A DNA stretch of 64,000 nt from Camelus ferus. Lineage: Eukaryota. Below are positions 26,401 through 37,600 of the stretch, piece after piece; the stretch's first letter is position 1; every line of letters starts with the position of its first letter. Made by a program: the position numbers and the translations under genes. The notes beneath the pieces are model-generated. The model did no database searches. It was given only the letters and a program-made list of their open reading frames with translations, and was not told the origin of the DNA. Where the stretch lies: positions 69,132,001 through 69,196,000 of the forward strand of contig NC_045697.1 of the NCBI RefSeq assembly GCF_009834535.1. Direction: 5' to 3'.

Positions 26401-27069
26401 TATAAAGTATATATGTAGGCATAATTCTTTTAAAATAGGTTTCTAGAATTTGTGTTTGCTACTGAGAATTTCTGAGAAGAAATATGAAAAAGGTGATATT
26501 TAAACTGCAAAAGTAGAAGGTAGCATGAAAATTGTAGATTTTAGATTGTAAAAATAGATTAGTATTAAAAAAATTAATTTTAGATAAAATTTGCTATTGC
26601 AGATTGTGGGCAATAGCATCCATCATCAAGCTGCTTCCCCAAGTTTCCTCCTTAGTCATGTCAAAGATTTAAGCCTTCTAAATTCTCTTTTTTGTGGAAA
26701 GCTGGCAATGATAAAAAGATATTTAAAAAATAATGTGTTTGCTGATATTATTATATAATATTATTATATAATATCAGCATGAATATTAAAAAGTTCCAAA
26801 TTGTGCCTATCCAGTCATATTATTACATAGGCTTGATAGTCATTTTCTACTAGCTATTTGGCTCTTTTTCCATTTTTTTTTTCAAATTCTAGTATCTATG
26901 TATGCATCCATTTATCTCTCTTTCTCTCTCCCCATCCTTAACTTCAACTGTTATTTTTTCCCTGTAAATGCTGTATACTCTTGATACTAAATTAACTGTC
27001 ATTGAGAGTACAGAAAAATCAACTGTCAGCAAAGACCTGCTCCTGTATTTTCTGGAATAGGTTAAACCT

Positions 27070-27340
27070 CACTCATCAGATTTAAAAATCTAATATGCCA
27101 GTGGTAGTGAAGAGGTGAAGCCATAGGAACTCACACCTGCTGGAGGGAATGTACACTGGCTTTGGACACCTGTTTATCATTATCTAAAAAAGTGGAAGAT
27201 GTACAGATTCTATGAACCAACAATATCATTTATGTGGTATAAATAATAGCCCAAACCTAAAAACAACCCAAGTAATAGCAAAAGGATAGACAAATAATTA
27301 TGATGTGTTCATACAGGGAATATTAGACAGCATTTTAAAC
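27070..27340 (+). mobile_element. Old L1M 3' fragment
   Basis: ggaactcacacctgctggagggaatgtacactgg...ataatagcccaaacctaaaaacaacccaa. Confidence 0.55.
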
Positions 27341-28996
27341 ATCTCCTTTTTCATATTTCTTCTCAAATTCTCAGTAGCAAATACAAATTTTAGAAACCTA
27401 TTTTAAAAGAATTATGCTTACCTATTTTAAAAAAATATATAAAATATACTTTATATATTTTCCTCTCACCCTCTAATTATTTGTATAATAATAAGACCTT
27501 CCTTATGCATCCATCTGCTCAAACTACTTATTTCCCACCAGAAGTAATAATCCTTTGTGACATCTGCTTCCTGCTTTTGGCTATTGAAGAGTAATATCTC
27601 ATTAGATTTAAAGTTCTGCTCTTAGTGTGAAAAAAGATCATACTTGTACTGGAAACTACTTTTTGTGACAGGCCATCATTAAAGAATGTATGTAGCAGGG
27701 CTTAAAGTGTTGGTGGGGCTGCACTTTCTCCAGTGGTTGCATACCTCATAATTATGGAAAATAAAGGTATAAATTATATTTCTAGAGGGGACAACTCAGT
27801 ATTCTTTACAAGTTAGAAGTTACTTATTATGAGAAGTGTTAAAAATGAGCCTACATTTAGAGGTATGAAAGTTTAGGATAAGGAAGCTTTTAGAAATTAT
27901 TTTTAAGTAAACAGTGTTATTTTACTATCATAAACATAAAGCTATAAAGAGCTACCTTTACTGTGAAAAAACATTTCATATGGACTTGTGCATTAACAGA
28001 TATTCTAATATGTATTTTAAATAATTTGTAAGATGTCTTTAAAAACTTACTGGTTTTAGTAGAGTAAAAGAACACAGCATCATTTATTTCTTTGCACCTT
28101 CAGATTATTTAAAATATTTTAATAAAATTCTCTTCAACTCAGGTATCTATTGCTATATGTGCTTTGCTTTTCTTCTCAGATTCGGTAATAATGTAATTTC
28201 CAATGTAGAGATTGAGTTTATGCTCAGCAGCCAACTCTTGGTAACACATAGCATTGTGGTAGACAGTCTAAACAGGGCAGGGCAGGAGGGGGGAACAGAA
28301 GAAAGAAAGGAAGCAAAGAAAGGGAAGAAAAATACTGTGGCTCTGAAACACAAATAGGAAATTTGCCTTTCAATTTTAGTTATGTTCTTATTTATTGCAT
28401 TAATAAATTTGGTGAACATAGTTTTTGAATAAGTTTTTATTAAATTTATTGAATTATTTAATTTTTTGAATATTGAATAGCTGTGTGTTGACAGGAAACC
28501 AACTTAGCTTTCTAAGCATACACAATTTATATTTTAAAGGCCTGTATTTACTCAGCAGTTAGAATAAGAAACTATTTGAGCTTTACAATTTAGGGATGGG
28601 ATATACTATAAATGTATAGTATTGAAGGTCTGAACATTCAGATTTGTAATACCAGTATTTAGTTTTATCTGACATCATCCGCATGCAAATTGCCAACAGT
28701 TTACATTTATGTTATAGGAAAAGAAAACCTTAGAAATTAGGTTTTTAAATGAGATCTGACCAGTGTACTTGCTGGCTCATTTGACTAGCTACCCTGGACT
28801 TAAGAATTTTCTGTCATCTCATTAGCTATTTAGCATAGGGTCCTCTTCTGCATCTATGTAACAGTATAAAAAAGCTAAGTGGACATGGTGCAAAACTTCA
28901 GTGAACAAAACTATTTTGTTTCATTTTAGTACGAATTTCCTTAAAATTTTTCAAAATTATGAAGCTCGTATTTACGAGGCCTTGCTACATAAGTGG

Positions 28997-29023
28997 TGTG
29001 TGTGTGTGGGTGTGTGTGTGTGT
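28997..29023. repeat. Interrupted (GT)n microsatellite
   Basis: Directly visible. Confidence 0.9.
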
Positions 29024-29211
29024 ATCTAACACAAGAAATGATGTCTGTTGTTTCATTTGCTAATATGATTTGGCAACAATGATAAGGATAGGACCTTAGT
29101 TTCACTTCTTTTATTAGAAAAATGAAAATCTTTCATTACTAACTAACTACATGGCTGTAATTCCTTTGTCAGCCATTTCTTTTACTGACCCTTTTGTTAG
29201 GCTTCTGTAGC

Positions 29212-29520
29212 TGCACTGTCCAGTATGGCAGCCACTAGCCAGATTTGGCGGTTGAGCAGCTGAGTGTGGCTAGTCCAAACGGACATGTAACTTGGAATTC
29301 AAAGATTGATTAAAAAGAAGGGAATGTAGAATGTTTCATTAATAGTTTGTGTATTGATTGTGTGTTGGGATGATCATATTTTTGTTTTATTGGGCTGAGT
29401 AAAATATATTACTAAAGTTAATTTATTATCTTTTTAATGTTTTTAATGTGGCTACTAGTAAATTTAAATTACATATATGGCTCACATTTGTGGCTCTCAT
29501 ATTTCTTTTGGACAGCACTT
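29212..29520 (-). mobile_element. MER33-like hAT-Charlie DNA transposon
   Basis: Terminal inverted repeats gcactgtcca...tggacagcac; internal gccactagcca...tgtggctagtcc and aatgtggctactagtaaatttaaattacata. Confidence 0.85.
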
Positions 29521-30328
29521 GTACTTTTATGTAAGGAAGTCAGAGTTAGAAAGATATATTCTTTCTTTCATCTCTTTCCAGTCCTATATCTAAGGGTTAG
29601 AAAGTATTTTCAAGCTATTTATATGTTGCAACAGTTAAATGACTGTTCTATTTAACGTAGATGTGTATGTAACAGAAAGTATGTTTGACTATCATTTGAC
29701 CACTGATTGTGATGTTGAAGTGTATTGATGTACTCTTGAATGGAAAGGATAAGGAGAGATAAAACACAAACTACTCAGAATTGAAAAAGAAGAACATTAT
29801 GTACTATAGGAAATACCGTTAAAGAGACCCTGGTACTAATCTTTAGGACTTATACATTGTGACCAAGAGTTATACTGTCCTGCAGATGCTTGTCTTTGAT
29901 AATAGTTGACTTTGAAACCATTGACAGAATGATATATTTACTTGCTTCAAACTGAGAAAATTCCGATAGAATATTATTTCCTATTTTTCTTCTCTTACAC
30001 AGAGTTGTCATTTGTGAAAGAGAAGGCAAAAAATTTCATGTCATAGTCATAAACTTTAGGACACAGAGAAGTTCTTTAAGCTTCTATTTGATACCAATGA
30101 GAATAATCTTTTTTCTCCTAAAAAATGATTGTCTCTTTTCCCCATCCCACCCCCATTTCCATGTTTGTTTGTTTTGTTTTGTTTTTTCCAAAAAGACATT
30201 TAATGCCCTGCTTAGATTTATTTTCTACTTACTCACTAAATAAGAAATAACTCTGTTATGTTTTGTATTGAAATTGTAAGGTACATTTCTTTTTTCTTTT
30301 ATTTTTAATTTAACTCTTTGTTTTACAG

Positions 30329-30475
30329 ATGAGGGCAGAAGTGCAGTTGACCAAGCAGGTGGTGCACAGATTGTAATTGACCATTTAAGGTCACTGTGCA
30401 GTATAACAGATCCCGCCAATGAGAAGCTCTTGACTGTCTTTTGTGGCATGCTGATGAACTATAGCAATGAGAATG
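30329..30475 (+). CDS. RAP1GDS1: RAP1GDS1 exon 5 (147 nt, cassette exon; included in SmgGDS-607, skipped in SmgGDS-558): (H)EGRSAVDQAGGAQIVIDHLRSLCSITDPANEKLLTVFCGMLMNYSNEN(D)
   Basis: Acceptor tgttttacag|ATGAG, donor AATG|gtaaac. Its 49 codons equal the 607 minus 558 difference. Confidence 0.97.
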
Positions 30476-31399
30476 GTAAACAAAATTGAAAACTTGCTTT
30501 ATCTCTGGGGGAAAAATTAAAAATCATCATTATAATAGTACAAAAAATTTAGAAAAATTATGAACAAAGCATTCATAAGTAGCACATAAAATTAGTAATT
30601 AGCCAACATTAAATTACAATGTTTCAAAAATACAGAATGGTCTAATTTAAATGGAACTAATTGTTGAAAGATTGTCCATGTTAATACCAAAAACAAGAAA
30701 CAGCATAATGGTATGGTTTAAGATTTCTTGCTACGAATATTTTTAAAATAAACAGTGTTAAAATATCTTATGTTTATTACTTTCTATTAATACCAGGAGC
30801 AGCTTTAAAACATAAATACTGTCTATATTATTAAAATTATTTTATTTAGATACTAGATTTACTTGTAACAATAAAAAAATTTTAATGAAATCTGGCCTTA
30901 GAAAAGTAAAGTTCAAAGCAATTGTAGATACCTGATTTTAGAATTTTAATAAATACATGTAACAGAAGTTTCTTTTTTCTGTAAAACATTCTTAGAGCCC
31001 AGCAACAAATGACATGTCAATTTCAGATAGTCTATATGGTTGTTAATTAAATGAACATAAAAACAGTGATCTGAAGACTTCACTGTACTTTTAAATGTCA
31101 CAAAAAATTCATCCATTTATCATCTTACATGAATTACTGAATGATTCAAACACTCAAATTCTGGTAGGTTCCTAGAATGTAACATTAATGAGGTCTTTCT
31201 GTGGTTTGTTTCATAATGGCATTTTAAGTTGTAATCTTTGACAGAGATAACTTTATTTGTATACTGAACATGTAATAGTATTGTTCCATGTATTCTAGAA
31301 ACGCATGGCCCTTTAGGTATATTTTTATTTTTTCATGGGTCCAAAGAAATTATTCTCAATAGTTAAAAATAAGTAAATAAAAATTGGTGACAAATGGCT

Positions 31400-31697
31400 A
31401 CTGGCATTTGGCCTTGGTGTTAGTTACTGTAACAGCAGATGGTAGGGACTTTAGCCCTGCCCCATTGAAAGGGGAGAGCTGCTACTCTCCTCTAGCCAGT
31501 TGTTTCTGTGTGGCAATTTGACCAAATACTGCCAGATCTTTAACTTTGGGGATAGGAGGAAGCTAGAAATCTAGCTTTTCATGTGACATCTGTTTTTTAA
31601 ATGTTTGATTACATTTGCTTTTTTAGCACTGTAAAAGCTAGACAGAATGTGTACTCAGGTCACATCCTTTCCAAAAAATACCAGTTTTAAACCTCTG
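31400..31697 (+). mobile_element. MER102-like hAT-Charlie remnant
   Basis: aaggggagagctgctactc...ctagccagttg...tgccagatct...gaagctagaaatctagcttttcatgtga...ccagttttaaacctctg. Confidence 0.55.
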
Positions 31698-34600
31698 AAT
31701 TAAAATTATCAGTTATAATAATAAAAAAAAGTATTCTTATTTATCAAATGGCTTACCTGTTAAACTTGAGCAAATAACAACTGGTAGTTTTTATAGGATC
31801 AGTTACCTCTATTTTTCTTGCCCTCTGGTGGAATCATTTTTGAAGAGAAGGTGTCCTAAATATAAATAGGAGGAACAGAAACACAATATCTGGGTAACCT
31901 ACAAAATGAATAGCTAGTTCCTAAATAATTGAAACTTGAACATGATATATGGGTATTTGAATTGCATTCAGAAATCATTGGCCAGTTGTTCATGTCACTT
32001 CCTTTCCCTTCAACTACATTTTGGCTTGGACACCTGAGAAAGTGGGACAAGAGTTGAGTGGGAAGAAGGTTTAGAATGATAAATGAAAGAAACTAGTCAT
32101 GCAGTTATTATAGCAGCTTTGGATATAAAAGAATTAGTCTCGTTATGCATCTATACCATTTCTTTATCCTTTGAGGAAGCTGTTGTTCAAAAATCTGTAC
32201 GAAAACATATCAAATGGCAAAATGATCTTCAAAACCATTACTAATTCTAATCCAAAAGAGTTTGTGATTGACTCTCTATAATAGGATATCACACTGTGTA
32301 GGGAAGTGTTCTGAGAAGGTAATGTTAACAATGTGCAGAGTGCACAGTCTAAATGCATAATACATTTCTTTTGTAAGATTAGGTTTTTCCCCTGGTGTGC
32401 AAGTATTCACAAGAAATAACTTAGATACTTTAGAAAGCTATATTAACTTTTCTCAGAACATTACTGGAGCAGTGGTCATTTTGTTCCATTATTCTAAAAG
32501 CTGCAATTTAATACAGCTTTCAAAACTTTTTAGATAAAATAGAAGTGAAGTTATGTTTAGTATTTTAAGGAAGAAATGCCAAACTTGTAACTATCTTCTT
32601 TCCTTTGCTTCCGTTTATGTTTGTCTATCATGGGGATCATAGTTTGTGAAGTGGTTCTTTTTGTCAATGATGCTCTTTAACTTAGATTGTATCCTCTTTT
32701 GTTTTGCATAATTATTAAGTATCTTTGTTGTTGTGTCGGTTATTTACTTACTCTTTTCTTTAAAATAAGTGTTTACAGACTTTCCAACTTAATTTTAGAT
32801 CTCCTTGGCTAACTTCAGATATTTGGTATTGATCCTATCCACCCAGATGAGTCACTGAAGACAAGAAAACAGCAGAGCTTTTGAAACTCAGGAGGCACTT
32901 TTTGTTAGCACTGATAAATGAAAATTCCTTTTCATGTGTATTTACTATTGAATTTCAATATACAGGTCTCTGCTAGTTTCTGAGTAGAGCAGTTGAGTGA
33001 TAACTACCTCCCTGTTACTCTAGCCAAGAAATTAACTCTCCCCTTGGGCCCAATAGCTTAAGCCTCATTCATAGTTAAGGGATTACTTTATAGCTTCATA
33101 GATAAAAATTTTTTAAATATAAAGATAAGAAAGTACTGAAAATAGTCACCAAGACTCACCAACATGGTTTCTCTAGTAAGAACTTTTGCACATTGTTTAT
33201 TAGTCCTAAAAGTGGATTCACACCAGACTGAGACTTTGGATACCTTGATTCCTGTCCATATAATGGACAACTCTGAGCATATCCAATTTTGAATCCATTA
33301 AATAAGAAATCTGGTTTCCTAAACAGAAGCAAGACAAGTATATAATGAAAACACTCAGTAAAGGCATATTTCTATCCTTTGATAAAACTATATATAACTC
33401 AAGGTTCATGAGTTTTGAAATTTTAAAACCAGCTCAGAATTTTTAAGCTATGAGCTGGGTATATTCTTTTGTTTCCCCATTGGTAAAGCAATTAAAACTT
33501 TTTATACTCAGACAAGTAAGAGTGGAATATTTGAATAGAAAAAGTTATAATTGCTTAACTAGAAAAGTTGTATCAATTATATTGCTAAATAAAATCATGT
33601 TTAAATAGAATAAGATAAAACTTTTTGTTTAGTAAAGGTCATTTCATATTTATCCTTTTGGGGAAAATCATACCTGTTTTTCCCATGGAAAAAGAGAACT
33701 CTTCAGTTCTGTGGCCCTCCAAAATAGTCCAAGTATTTGACAGTTGTGGTTAGAGAAAAGTGTGTTGACAGTTTGACATTCAGTTTGAGGAAATGTGAAG
33801 TTCCTATATTTTTTTTATGTAGTTACTACTTTAAAGTTTTAGTTATTCTGTAAACAAGGAACTCAAACATTACTGTAGATATTTTTATCTCATTAGTTTC
33901 TTGGGTATTCTTTTTCTTAGCTTTGGTTACCTAGTGCCAAAACATTGCAGTGAAGACTGAAAATTTTGTTCAGATATTCAACTGTTTTCAAATATAACAC
34001 CATTTTAGCATATAATAGGAGTTTGGAAAATATTAATTGACTTTTCTGGATGCTTAGTATTGTCTAAAAATGTTTTATTAACAAAATCTATACTTGGAAG
34101 AAAAATATGTTCCTGGAATGCATTTTCTTCATTAAACAAGTTAGAAGCATTATAAACTCTTGCCCTCTGTATTAGTTTATATTTGCTGTTCACATACATG
34201 GCGGTAGGAGAAAGTGGTATTGAAAACACAATGATAGTAATAGTACCAAATCTGTGGTTAAAAATTTACCATAGGTAATCTACAGACTTGATAAATCTGT
34301 GTATGTATACTTGTAAGTTGATTGCAGTTTGAATAGAAACAAACCAGTAATCTAAAGTAAAGCACTGGAATAATTTAATACCTTGTTGAGGAATCTATTG
34401 ATGGTCACCGTTTTTACTATATTATAAGTAACCATGATTAATCAGTATGTATCTCCTGGAAAACTCTGTAATTGAGAGTTTAATTCTTTCTTAATATACC
34501 TGTGCTAGAGGCAGAAAATACAGGGGAAAATCTATTACAATTCTAAAGAAAATTATTAATGAATGATGATAAGCATTAAAGCAGGCTAAAATTACTTGTT

Positions 34601-37600
34601 TTACATAAGCTATGCCATGAGAGGAAAAAGTGAAGGAAACAGAAATGCCATCAGGAAAGGAAAAATTCATTTCCTTCTAAAATGACTAATGTAATATACA
34701 CAGTCTATGGCTGGTTTCTTCATGTGACCTATATAATATATACATATATTTGTATATGTATATATGATTTTTATAAATAGAGCTGATTCTTCTGTGATAT
34801 TTTAATACCGCCTTGTTATTGAAAGACTAATTTCTCTTTTTTTGTGGTTCCTGAAATCTCTCTGGGATACTCTCATGATAATTCTTACTATGTGGCCTCA
34901 TGGGCCTACGCTAACTAAACTATGGTTGAAGGAAGGCCATCCATGCTACTTAGGAAGTGCAACACACAGAGCATGTTATTGGAGCATAACAATTGAATTT
35001 AAGTATTAAGCCAAGTACTTAAATTCAGTTGTTTAAAAAAAGCCTGTAAAATATTTTCTCTAATTTAAAGGTCACTTAGTATGCAATTCATTTTAGCTGC
35101 TACTTTCATTTCAACCATGGCAACAGTTTCACAATTCTCATAATACTGTTCATTTTCCCAGCTAACTCAGCCTGATAACTTGGCTTACTTGAATTTTCTT
35201 TATACTTAAAATAGGAATAGTAGAAATTAATAAGGAATAATCCTGATTAAAAACTAAAAAAGCACTTTGGCCTGAGCTACTTGTTTATGTGTTGGCATTA
35301 CTTTATTATAGGTAAGGAAGAATACTTCCTAGATGTGGAATGTGTAGAAAATGATTTGGTTTGCATGAGTGAAGAACTGTTTCCAAAGTTTACTTACTCT
35401 GAGTATAAGCTAATTAATAATTCCATATATTTCCTAAATACTAAAAGCTTTTCCCCTAACTTTAAGGGGAGAAAACAAAACAAAATTAAAAATGTAAAAT
35501 TTTATCTTTGCAATTTATTGTCTTTTTTCAGTGATAATATTAATTTTCCTATATAGTATTTTCATTGTATTTTCTGTTCACTTTTTCTGTTTATAAAAGC
35601 ATAGAAGATGTACTTTTACGATTGTATCTTTTGAAGCCTGGTTTGTCAAATTAAAGTACTCTATAGTATGTCGAACAAAGTGTGTTGAAGATTTATTGTG
35701 CCACTGAAAAGCTTTTAGGCTTTAAAAAAAATAACATTGGAATTCTTTATTTATTAACTGTTGTTCTCTTTGTAAAAAATTTCTAAATTTTTACTGCTTG
35801 TCCAGCAGAGCTTTGTAATCAATCTGAAGCAGGTTGCATTCATGAAGTTCTGCTACAAATGTCATTTTAAACAAATTGTTTTACTGATGAACAGAGCAGT
35901 TAATTATTCTTGTGCCTCCTGCTAATTCTGCCTATTAAATTTGACCAATTATTGAGGTTAGCTTTTCATCATAATCCTTCTAAACAATTACTATAATAAT
36001 GCTGTTATTTAATGGACAGGCTAAGAACTTGGTTTTTAGTAGAGGTTTACCAAATGCACATTTTGGTTTAATTCCATATGGTCCAGTATTGGCATTGATA
36101 TTCAGCTTTGGCCATTATGGACTGAACTTCTGAATCCAAGAATCAGAAATTTTATCACACACAAAAAATGGAATTGTTCTTACAGTTTTTTGTCAATGAT
36201 TTAAAGTTTGGCATTATAATACAAAAATAATACTTTTTGCAGCATTTTCAGCTTTTAGATTGCTTTCATAATAGTGCATTTAGCATTGTGATACTAAATA
36301 GATAACAAATTTTAACTGCAGGCAGTGGAGTAACAAAGTATGTTTGGGGTTCCTCATTCTCTAACATGTTTTTCTTTATTTGCTTTATGTCTGGATTGAC
36401 GGTAACTATCATAGATGTTATTGAATATTATTTTTGAGATTTTCCTTATAGTGAAAATTTGAGGTGGCAGAGTTGGCTTTCTGATTTTAACTCATCCTCA
36501 CAAGATGTAAAGAATTCTTAAATTGGACTTTTTGTTGAACCAGTCATGGCCTGAATGGAATGAAATAACTAAAAATCAACAACAGCTTCTAACATTTATT
36601 TTATTTTTTATTGTAAATTCTAAAGAGAATAGATAATCTAATCTCTATTATTCTGCCTTGATTTAATTTTTACATTTGTATAGCTTTCATCATTAGTTAT
36701 TGCCACATTTTAATATTGCAATATAAATATTCATTTATATTTCAGCTGATATAATTTCAACATATGAAACACATCAGGAGACTTTGTACGTGGAATGCTT
36801 ACCTATATTTGAAAATGAGTATTTATATAGTGACAGTAAAACTGAAAGACCAGACCTTGTTTTTATTATTGATGTTACTATAACAGTTGAAATATGATGG
36901 TATCAAACACCTGATTATTGCCTATGCACAAGTTTGTAGGTACCAGAAATGACATTGAAGTGAGCAGTCAGGTGTTGTTTGGCCTTTAAGAGCTAAGGCC
37001 AAAGCCATAGATAAATAATGGATTTTGGACAAATATCAATGTATCTTTAATTTAGGCCACTTAAAATACTCATTCAGAGAGAAATTCAGGGCAGAAAACT
37101 ATGATGTGTAATCAACTTGTATAAAAATTAGTAACCCAGTTTTCTAACTTCCAGTAAAATTCTGTTAACAAACTGCCTATATTTTATTTACTGAAAAAAA
37201 ATTTAATTAAATAATGTTTTAAGAATTGTTACTGGCTAGAAATCAGAAATCTTTGGGTTATGTAGATATTTCCTGTTAACACAGTCTGTGTGTTGCAAAT
37301 AACTTCCATGTAATTATAAAGTATAAAAACTTGATCATAGAAATGTTCCCAGGTAACTAGTAATGCTTGTTTTTGGTTTTGTGGGGTTTTTTGGTTGTTG
37401 TTAAAGCCAGTAAATCCTTTTGCAAAGCAAAAAATTTTTATGTTTTTAAACACATGTTTGTAAGATAGACATGTTATCATGTAAATTAACCTGGTATTTA
37501 GCTTAATTTACTATACAAAAATACAGGCCTTAAATTTATACTTAGATGTATATGTAGATGTGGCCTTTCTCTCAGCAATGGCACATGACTGGGTTTATTT

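Noticed and set aside
13690..35320. AG|GT recursive-splice-like sites (about 13702, 13724, 28142, 35311)
   Set aside because: Each has either a weak polypyrimidine tract or a weak donor. The introns are short for vertebrate recursive splicing and such matches are expected by chance.
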